Assembly (NCBI GenBank): GCA_963787925.1
Contig: CAWBEN010000005.1
Location: 265,651 to 329,650, forward strand
Direction of reading: 5' to 3'
Origin: an uncultured delta proteobacterium
GTDB taxonomy: Bacteria > Myxococcota_A > Polyangia > Polyangiales > Polyangiaceae
Length of the DNA stretch: 64,000 bases
The notes beneath the pieces are model-generated. The model saw only the letters and a program-made list of their open reading frames with translations. It had not been told where the DNA came from and searched no databases. This document shows, piece after piece, positions 26,610 to 34,715 of the stretch (its first letter is position 1; each line of letters opens with the position of its first letter). Made by a program: the position numbers and the translations under genes.

Positions 26610-28109
26610 TCAATGGCCCCCGCGCCGCGCGGCCTCCAGGCGGAGACGGTCCACCAGCCAGGGGCCGGCATGGCGCAGCTGGGCAGCGCGACGTAGCCGC
26701 CGGGAGTCGAGCGGCATCGGCCGCCGAACCAGGGTCCGGAGGGCGCGCGCGCCGGACAACACGCGCAGCTCGGCGTGGACCACGCGGGACAGCGTTCGAT
26801 AAAACTCGCGCGAAAAGCCGGCTGGCTTGCCTTGCGCGCCATGAAGAAGCGGATCGAGGTCGCTGCTCTCGCTCCAGTTGCGCTTGTCGCCGAGCCGCCC
26901 TGCCGTCTGCTCGTGGTACCGCGTCCCCGGCAGCGGGTAGCTGACGGAGATGCCGATGTCGTCAGGCAGGAGCTCTCGCACGAGCGCCCGCGTGGCTTGG
27001 ACTTCGGGCCACCCTTCTCCCGCGTATCCGAATTGCAGAAACAGCCCTACCCTGGCGCCGCTCGCGCGAAGTCTCGTCACGGCAGAGCGCGCCTGGTCGA
27101 CCGAGATGCCCTTCTCCATCGCGTCGAGAATTCGCTGCGAGCCGGACTCGACCCCCAGCCAGACCTCGCTCGCGCCGGCGCGACGCAACGCCTTGACGTT
27201 GTCCTCCGTCATCAGATCGGCGCGCGTTTGGCAGAGAAAAGGCGTGCGCAGCCCGGCATCAGCCACGGCGTCGGACCACGCGACGAGCCAGCGCGATTTG
27301 AGCCCGAGAATGTCGTCGCAGAACCACAAGTGGTCGGGTGCGTAGCGTTCGCGCAGCAAGCGCAGCTCGGCGACGACGTTGGCCGGCGACCGGCTGTGGT
27401 ACGTGTTGCCGTAAACGGGCTTTGCGCACCAGTTGCACCGATAGGGGCACCCGCGTGTCGTCACGACGTTGAGCGAGAAGTACCCGTGCCGGCGCTTCCA
27501 GAACGAGCGATAGCGCTCGATGTCGACCAGATCCCAGGCGGGCAGCGGCAAGACGTCCAGATCCTGAAGGAGCTTCCGCGCGGCGGTGCGCCGCAGAAAC
27601 CCGCGGTGATGCAGCGCCAGCCCCGCGACGGACAGAGCGGCGTCGCGCGCCCGCTCGACGCCGCCGCGCTCTTCGTCCGTGCGCGCGAGGAGCTCGCCGA
27701 GCGTCACTTCGCCCTCGCCGAGGAGCACGAAGGTTGCCCCGGCGCGGAGGTACGCATCGGGATCGTCGGCGGCGTCGTGGCCCGCGGCGATTACCGGCAA
27801 TCCAAGCTTGGACGCGACAGCGATCATGGCGAACGATGCCTCTCGCATGGTCGACAGACACATCTTGGTGAGCCAATTGAAGGAATCGTCGTAGAGCACT
27901 ACGACATCCGGTCGCTCGCGCTCGACCGCGACGGCGAAGCCGGCCGTGTCGTCGTCGAGCATCGGATCGTAAAGAGCGACGTGGTGCCCGAGCGCTCGCA
28001 CGTGCGCCGCGGCGAAGAGCGTTGCGAGCGGCGGGTAGGGTTTTCCGATCGCGGATTGCTTCGCGTCACGCCGCAGCACGTGACCGTGCGCGAAGAGAAC
28101 TCTTGCCAC
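26610..28109 (-). CDS. B12-binding-domain radical SAM protein
   Basis: 499 aa. N-terminal cobalamin-binding Rossmann-type region (VVVLYDDSFNW...PVIAAGHDA), then the radical SAM cluster motif TTRGCPYRCNWCAKP. Confidence 0.88.
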   Translation of the reverse strand: MARVLFAHGHVLRRDAKQSAIGKPYPPLATLFAAAHVRALGHHVALYDPMLDDDTAGFAVAVERERPDVVVLYDDSFNWLTKMCLSTMREASFAMIAVASKLGLPVIAAGHDAADDPDAYLRAGATFVLLGEGEVTLGELLARTDEERGGVERARDAALSVAGLALHHRGFLRRTAARKLLQDLDVLPLPAWDLVDIERYRSFWKRRHGYFSLNVVTTRGCPYRCNWCAKPVYGNTYHSRSPANVVAELRLLRERYAPDHLWFCDDILGLKSRWLVAWSDAVADAGLRTPFLCQTRADLMTEDNVKALRRAGASEVWLGVESGSQRILDAMEKGISVDQARSAVTRLRASGARVGLFLQFGYAGEGWPEVQATRALVRELLPDDIGISVSYPLPGTRYHEQTAGRLGDKRNWSESSDLDPLLHGAQGKPAGFSREFYRTLSRVVHAELRVLSGARALRTLVRRPMPLDSRRLRRAAQLRHAGPWLVDRLRLEAARRGGH

Positions 28110-28258
28110 GACCGGACGCTAACGCTTTGGGCCGCGCGCGCCACTGGATTCATTTGAAACGAGCGCCGCCGACGCCTGAGCCGCGATTCGTTTCGTCTCA
28201 CGCGATCTGGCGTGGCTTTGGCGAGAGACTACGGTGGTGCGGCCCCCCTTGCCGCGCG

Positions 28259-29689
28259 ATGCTGCCGCCGTCCGACGAATCGAAGAGACTCTTGCCCTGG
28301 CTCGTCGCCGTTGCGCTCTTCATGGAATCGCTCGACACGACCATCCTCAACACCGCCCTGCCGACGATGGCCGACGCCCTCCGGGTGGCGCCCCTCAGCA
28401 TGAAGGCTGCGCTCACGAGCTACACTCTGAGCCTCGCCGTATTCATTCCCGTGAGCGGGTGGTTTGCCGATCGATACGGGACGCGTCGCGTCTTCGCCGC
28501 TGCCATAGGCACGTTCACTGCCGGTTCCATTCTCTGCGGCGTTTCGAGCGACATTCATTTGCTCGTCGCGTGTCGCGTCCTGCAAGGGTGCGGCGGGGCG
28601 ATGATGGTGCCCGTGGGCCGGCTCACCCTCGTGCGGACATTCGCCAAATCGGAGCTTGTCCGCGTCATGAGCTTCGTCGCCGTGCCGTCTCTGATCGGCC
28701 CGATGCTCGGCCCCCTCGTCGGTGGCTTGATCGTAGGTTTTTTCCACTGGAGGATGATCTTTTTCGTGAACGTGCCGATCGGCCTGGGCGGTTTGTACAT
28801 GGTGTACCGGCATTTGCCGGACTACCGCGCCGAGCGCACGGACAAGCTCGACTTGACGGGCCTCGTTCTCTTCGGAGCCGGCGTGGCGCTGCTCTCGTAC
28901 GTCCTCGAGGTCTTCGGCGAACACACGCTCACATCGCGCGAAGTGCTCGGGCTCCTCGGCCTTTCGTTGGTTCTCCTCGCGGCTTACGGCCGGCATTCGG
29001 TCACCACCCGCCGGCCGCTACTCCGCCTTCACCTGTTTCGCATTCGCACGCTGCGCACGGCGGTCGCCGGTAGCTTCGTCACGCGCCTTGGCGTCGGAGG
29101 AATGCCCTTTCTCCTGCCGCTGCTTTACCAGGTCGGTCTCGGGTTCACTCCGGTCCAATCGGGCTTGCTCATCATGCCACAGTCGGTCGCCGCGATGACC
29201 CTGAAGATGGCCATGCCAAGCATCCTGACTCGCTTCGGGTACCGCGCCATCTTGCTCGCGAACACGGTGCTCCTCGGGGCGACCATGGCCCTCTTCGCGA
29301 CGATCGGTCCGCACACGCCCGTTGGGCTCATCGTCGTTCAAGCCTGCGCCTTCGGGTTCTTTTCGTCGTTGCAGTACACCAGCATGAACACGCTGACGTA
29401 CGCGGACGTGGCGCCGCAGGACACGAGCATGGCGAGCACCATTGCCAGCACGACGCAGCAGATGTCGATGAGCTTCGGCGTGGCCGCCGCCTCGCTGACC
29501 GCCGCGCTGTTTCTTCCCGATCGGTTCCACTCGGATTCTGGTCAGACGACACACGGAATCCACGAGGCCTTCCTGCTACTCGGGGGGCTCACGGCGCTCT
29601 CCGCGGCGATCTTCGGCGGGCTGAAGGCCAATGACGGGGAGAGCGTCAGCCGCCATCACGCGGTCGAATCCGTCGGGCCCACTTCGTGA
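28259..29689 (+). CDS. MFS transporter, DHA2 (EmrB/QacA, 14-TMS) type
   Basis: ORF 28022..29689; ATG 28259. Motifs LDTTILNTALPTMA, GWFADRYGTRRVF and RVLQGCGGAMMVP. Confidence 0.88.
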   Translation: MLPPSDESKRLLPWLVAVALFMESLDTTILNTALPTMADALRVAPLSMKAALTSYTLSLAVFIPVSGWFADRYGTRRVFAAAIGTFTAGSILCGVSSDIHLLVACRVLQGCGGAMMVPVGRLTLVRTFAKSELVRVMSFVAVPSLIGPMLGPLVGGLIVGFFHWRMIFFVNVPIGLGGLYMVYRHLPDYRAERTDKLDLTGLVLFGAGVALLSYVLEVFGEHTLTSREVLGLLGLSLVLLAAYGRHSVTTRRPLLRLHLFRIRTLRTAVAGSFVTRLGVGGMPFLLPLLYQVGLGFTPVQSGLLIMPQSVAAMTLKMAMPSILTRFGYRAILLANTVLLGATMALFATIGPHTPVGLIVVQACAFGFFSSLQYTSMNTLTYADVAPQDTSMASTIASTTQQMSMSFGVAAASLTAALFLPDRFHSDSGQTTHGIHEAFLLLGGLTALSAAIFGGLKANDGESVSRHHAVESVGPTS

Positions 29690-29952
29690 CCGGCACCGCA
29701 CACCGGAGTCGCCTGCTCCGATTTCGTGTAGGTAGGTGAGCCGTCGTCAGCGGGTCGGGCTTCTTACAAGGGGGTGACGATCCCTCGGGCGCGTTACTCG
29801 GCCGCTTCGGACCCCCCTTGGACGACGCGTGGCGGCATCCCTTCGGGTATCGAAAAGCTCAGCGAGAGGCACGACCATGCAGGTGAGATCAAAAGCAGGC
29901 CCGTCGAACGCCGCCGGTTTGGAGAACGGCAGACCGCCTGACGCCCTGCATC

Positions 29953-31560
29953 GTGGGTGCGTTCGGTGTCGCCGGAGTCGTCGCGATGGCGGCGTGCGGC
30001 ACAGCGGCGAATCCGGCGAACGGCGATGCGGGCGCCGGCGGCCAGGGCAGCGGCAGCCCGGCCGGGACGGGCACGGCCGGCGATGCCGCGGGCGTCGGGT
30101 CCGCCTCTGGTAGCGGGAGCGCCACCGACGCCGGCAGCGGATCGGGCGCCAGCGCCTCGGGCGCAGCGTCGGGCAGCAGCAGCGGAGCTGTCTCGGACGG
30201 GACGCTGGAGCGCGGGGCTCGTCTCCGCGGTCGACGCGACCTTCCAGCGGCTTGCAGGCGGCCGGGACCCGCTCTCGTGCGCTCATCCGAGTCCGCGAGG
30301 GGCCAGACGAGATCGGGCGCAAGCTCGGATGTGGAAGACGTCGACCCTTTCGAGACCGCCCCATCTCGGAGCTTGACGGGTGCCGTTCTTCCATCCGAAG
30401 TGTCGCATGATTTCGAAACTTGCCGAGACCTTGGTGGTCATCACCCTGTTCGCCGCTTGTGCCGGACGTCCAACGGCGGGCCAATCGCCCGGGGTGATGC
30501 CCAGCCCGCTCGGAGGCCCGTGTAGCCTGGCCAGCGAGTGCCAACGGGTCTTTTCATGATGAGAGGGCGGCCCCCGGCGGGCAATGTTCGCGACAACACC
30601 AAAGTGCACGATCGGAGTACCACCGCGCGGCCTCGACGTGACCCGGGCTACGCGGAGGCGAACAACCCCGACGCGAAGATGAACGGGGCGCGCGGCTTCA
30701 TCTTGGCTCACACGTCGCCAACGGCGCAAAAGGAGAGCTACCGGGAACGTGGACCGAGAAACCGACGCGACCTGGGCGGCATTTGCCACTCAGATTCGTG
30801 TGCCGCCGCCCTGAACACGAAAACGAGCGCGGCCTTCTGGTGCGGCGACACCGGTGGCTATGGCCTCACGACCGCAAATCCCACCGACGAGCTTTACATC
30901 CGCTGGCTCTAGTATTCGTCGTTCACGCCGTGCCAGGAGATCTTCGGCAGCAAGAGCGTGGGCTCGCGCTTTCCCTGGCGATACTCGACGCAGGCGCAGG
31001 CGATCGCCAAACAATACACCGCTCTTCGCTATCGGCTCTTGCCTTTCCGGTACTCCAACGCGCAGATCGCCTACCATGAGACGCCCGTCCAATATCCGGT
31101 CACGTTCATAGGCACCACGCAGATCTTGGTCGGCAGTGGGCAGAGCCAGTTTCTCGTGCAACCGGTTACCACTCAGGGAGCGACCAGTGTCACCGTGAGG
31201 TTGCCCGCGGGCTCGTCCTGGATCGATTACTGGGGAGGGGCCGTCTATGCAGGCGGCACCTCGCCGACGATTGCCGCGCCGATCGACCAGGAGCCCGTCC
31301 TCGTGAAGGCCGGCTCCATCATACCCATGGGGCCCCCGATCCAAATCGTGGACGATGCCCCGGCCGACGCGCTGACCCTCGACATCAGCCAGCGGGTGCG
31401 ACGAGGGACACACATACGATGAAGATGCAACAGTTCAGGGTACCGCGGGCTATACGAGAAGCTTTAAGGGCTCCATCGAACTTGCTGGCAACCCTTACGC
31501 TGCGCGGCAGCCCGCGCGCTTTTTCGAGCCCGGTTGGTGGCTCCTTGCGGCGGCGGCGGT
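29953..31560 (+). pseudogene. Decayed GH31 glycosidase gene (lipoprotein signal + linker, truncated core, several frameshifts, in-frame TAG at 30910..30912)
   Basis: Pieces in three frames. The start is VGAFGVAGVVAMAAC plus a Gly/Ser/Ala linker. The core reads RGFILAHTSPTAQKESY | ATGNVDRETDATWAAFATQIRV | AAFWCGDTGGYG...DELYIRWL*YSSFTP | ALRYRLLPFRYSNAQIAYHETPVQYPV...PVLVKAGSIIPMG | HTYDEDATVQGTAGY. Together these reproduce the GH31 order RS..G.QRY / W.GD..W / DIGGF..EL.RW.Q..F.P / RY.LLPY.Y / GSIIP / LYEDDG. The right boundary is approximate. Confidence 0.55.
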
Positions 31561-31633
31561 TGGCCCAGACGCAACGCAGGGCGCAGACGCTGGCCGCGCA
31601 CCCCAACGGCTTCTATGCTGCTCGCCTTCGCGC

Positions 31634-33228
31634 ATGGCTTGCTGTCGCGTTCTCAGGCCGATCAGTCCGTCGGTGGCCGCTCTCCTGCTCGCCTTGAGCG
31701 CCGGATGCGGCAGCCAGTCGCCGGACGACTCGCTCCCCCGTGACTCTGCCAGTCCAAGCGATGCCACGCTGCCAGACGCCGTCTCGCCCAGGCCGGACGA
31801 TGGAGGGCTCGATGCTGTCCTTGGTTCGCCCGTCGAGGCGGGGCCAACCGCGCGGACGACCGACTCGGGCGACGGCCTCGGAGCCGAGGCGGGCGCCGAC
31901 GTTCCGGGAACGGACTCTGGCTATTTCGTCGATGGAGCCCCAGTCGGTGGCGGGACGGTGATCCTCCCCGCGGCGGCATGCCGATCGCTCGCTTCGCGTA
32001 CGGCCAAAACTATTGGGACTGGGCCGATTGGAGCCGCAACGGCGTGACGGGGCTGACGGGCACGGAGGGGCTCGTCGGGGCGCTCCGTCTGGACGTGCTC
32101 CGCGCGGGGGGGATCAACAACGACGCGAACTCACCGCCCTTCGACGCCGCGCAAATCGACCGATACGTCGCGTATTGCCGGGCCGTCGGGGCCGAGCCCA
32201 TCTTGCAGGTGCCTGTCCTCGCCAATCCCGTCGACGGCGGGGCGACCAGCGCGCGAACGGCAGCGGACATGGTGACCTACGCCAATGTCACCAAGGGGTA
32301 TGCGATCCAGTACTGGGAAATCGGAAACGAGCCCGACAACTACGACCTCGCGTTCGACGCGGGTGTGCCTCTGACGGCCCCCGAGTACTGCGCCACCTTC
32401 GCCGCGTACGCGTCGGCGATGAGGGCCGCCAACGCCGCGGCAGCGGGCGCGCCCCCACTGCGGTTCGTGGGTCCGGATCTCGCCTGGAAATACGTTGCCG
32501 GGCACGATTGGCTCACCCCCTTTCTCGATGGTTGCAAGAACGACGTCGATGTCGTCTCGATCCACCGGTACCCGTTCAGCGGAGCGCAGCTCACGACGGG
32601 CGCCGCCCTCTCCGACGACGCCAAGTTTCGCACCGACATCGCGGCGGTCCGCGCCATCGTCCAGGTCCACGCCCGCGTCGGGACACCTCTCGCCGTGACG
32701 GAGTCGAACGTCTCGTATGACTACGCGCCGGCCAAGTACGCGGACGCAGCGGTGGCGACGGAGCCGGGAACCTTCAACGCGGCGCTCTGGACGGCCGACG
32801 CGCTAGGCGTGGCGCTCGAAAACGGGTTGTGGTCGTTCGCGCTTTGGAACCTCGGCGAGCGCGCCGGGGGCTCGGTCCTCGGGTTCATGGTGAACGCGCA
32901 GCCCATTCCCCAGTACTACGCAATGCAACTCTTCACGACGAACTTGCGCGGCGACGTCGTGGTCCCCGTGGGTGTGCCCGTGGGCCTCTCGGTGTACGCG
33001 AGCCACGACTCGACGCTCGCGGCGACCGCGGCGGTCGTCGTCAACAAAACGCCGTCGGCTCGGACGTTGACGCTCGTCCCGGAGGGCGGGAGGCCGCAGT
33101 CGTTCGACTTCCCCCCGGCCTCAATCTCGGTCGTCCGGCTCCCGGACGCAGCGGCGGCCGCGACGCACGTCACTCGGTACACGCGGGCCATGGCCGCCGC
33201 GGGCTTCGCGCCGACGCAAGTGCAGTGA
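31634..33228 (+). pseudogene. Clan GH-A (TIM-barrel) glycoside hydrolase lipoprotein, apparent 1-nt frameshift near 31976
   Basis: ORF 31634..32047 supplies the signal VAALLLALSAGC and a linker. ORF 31978..33228 supplies the catalytic domain (YWEIGNEPDN acid/base; LAVTESN nucleophile; SIHRYPF). The frames switch at gcggcggcatgccg. Total length is not a multiple of 3. Confidence 0.7.
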
Positions 33229-33407
33229 CTCGTCCGAGCGCGCGGGGCGCCCGAGGCGCACTGCGCACGACAGGTGGGAGCGCACCGAGCCGCTCGCGTC
33301 TGACAGCGCGATCGCGGTGGCGGACTCGGGCACAGTCGGCCACCTTCCGAATGCCGCCGCGCCGGCGGTTCGCCGTTGGCGCGCCGCTTGCTCCCGCCCT
33401 CTGCACG

Positions 33408-33836
33408 ATGATCTACCGGAAATCCTCGCCGCAGCCTTCCAGGCTCTTGCTTCGAATCGTCGCCACTGCCGGCGCCAGCGCGCTGCTAGGCATGCCGGCT
33501 TGTAGCTCGGACTCCGCGGTGGGCTCCGCCCCCGCCCCCGTCACGACGGTCTCCGACGCCGGAGAGGCCGGACCTTGCGGTGGGGGCTTTTGCGGCGTCA
33601 TGGTCATCCCTCGCGACGGCGGCGACGAGGGCTTCGTCACCGTGGGCTCGGTGGGGGTCCCCGGGCCTTGGGATTCCGACGCAGCCGTCGACGCGCGAGC
33701 GACCACGGGAGGCGAGGCCGGCATCGTGGGGGGCGGCATCGTCGCCAGCCCGGACTCCGGAGACACGGGGCATTTGCCGTGCGGAGGCGTCTGCGGCGTC
33801 GTCATCTTCCGTCCCGACGCTGGCCTCGACCAGTGA
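33408..33836 (+). CDS. Small lipoprotein with duplicated PCGGxxCGV(M/V)(V/I) motif
   Basis: Last 142 codons of ORF 32829..33836. Signal ASALLGMPACSS. Motifs GPCGGGFCGVMVIPRDGGD and LPCGGVCGVVIFRPDAGLD. Confidence 0.55.
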   Translation: MIYRKSSPQPSRLLLRIVATAGASALLGMPACSSDSAVGSAPAPVTTVSDAGEAGPCGGGFCGVMVIPRDGGDEGFVTVGSVGVPGPWDSDAAVDARATTGGEAGIVGGGIVASPDSGDTGHLPCGGVCGVVIFRPDAGLDQ

Positions 33837-34664
33837 AGGTTCCGTTCGAGCTCGAGTGGATGGGCGGGGTCGCGGAGCACCACTTTCGCAAAGTCCGCCC
33901 TGCCACCGATGAGCTCCCGTGGGGGACGCTCATTGCGTCCGAGCATCCGCCGGCGGCCGTCGAGTACGCGCGCGGCGCCTGGACCGAGGTCGCCATCAAC
34001 GAGTACCGCGCGGTCGCGTCGTTCTGCGAGGTCCTGCGCGCGCTCGTCGACGTCAAGGCGCCGCTCGATCTGTTGGGCATGACGAGCGACTTCTTGACCG
34101 ACGAGTGCTCGCACGTGGAGCTCGCCAGCCGAATGGCGATGGAGCTCGGAGGGGCTGCCCCGCGATCGAATCGATCTCGATCACTTCGCGACGCGCCCGG
34201 CGGGCCTCACCGCCTTTCAACGCGCGAACGAGCTCTTGCTTCGCGTGAGCTGCGTCGCTGAGGCCTTCTCGGGCGGCACCGCCACCGTGAGTCTCGGCGC
34301 CACGTCCCACCCGCTGCCCCGTGCCGTTTACGAGACCATCTTGCGCGACGAGGCGCGCCATCGTCGCCTGGGTGGGCTTTACTTCGAGTGGGCGCTCGCG
34401 CGAATCGACGAGGACGAGCGACGACGCCTTGGCCGAGTGTTGCTCGGCGCCCTCAAAGGACTCGCACCGTTCTGGAAGTCGCCCTCGTCGCGAGCCGATA
34501 CGCGTCCCGAATTGCGTCAGGAGGACCTCCGCGCGCTCGGATGGCTGCCCCCCGCGCAGTTCGCGCCCGTCGCGCGCGACGTTACGGTGCGAGACATTCT
34601 CGATCCTCTGGCAACGATTGGGATCACCATCACCTCCGAGGAGCGCGCCGCATTGCTGGCCTGA
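33833..34664 (+). pseudogene. Ferritin-like diiron-carboxylate protein, apparent frameshift near 34155
   Basis: GTG 33833 overlaps the upstream stop (GTGA). The first half (frame of ORF 33575..34261) has INEYRAVASF...FLTDECSHVELA. The second half (frame of ORF 34236..34664, readable from 34150) has RVSCVAEAFSGG...ETILRDEARHRRL. That gives two E...ExxH half-sites. The switch lies in ggaggggctgcccc. Confidence 0.6.
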
Positions 34665-34715
34665 AAGCCCCGCTCGGCTTCGCCCAAGACGAGCGAGGTC
34701 GCGGGGCGCGCGCAC

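Noticed and set aside
26558-26842. N-terminal extension of ORF 26387..26842 (151 aa)
   Set aside because: It overlaps the 3' end of the radical SAM gene in another frame and is Cys/Arg/Pro-rich nonsense. Only the last 56 codons, with a lipoprotein signal, are plausible.
28110-28258. Possible cobalamin riboswitch next to the B12-radical SAM gene (contains gccactg)
   Set aside because: Only a 7-nt match to part of the B12 box. There are no other conserved riboswitch elements or pairings, and the region is a short divergent promoter.
29700-31600. Genomic island or mobile-element remnant explaining the gene decay
   Set aside because: I could not recognise any integrase, transposase, terminal inverted repeats or flanking tRNA. 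Composition looks like the rest of the window.
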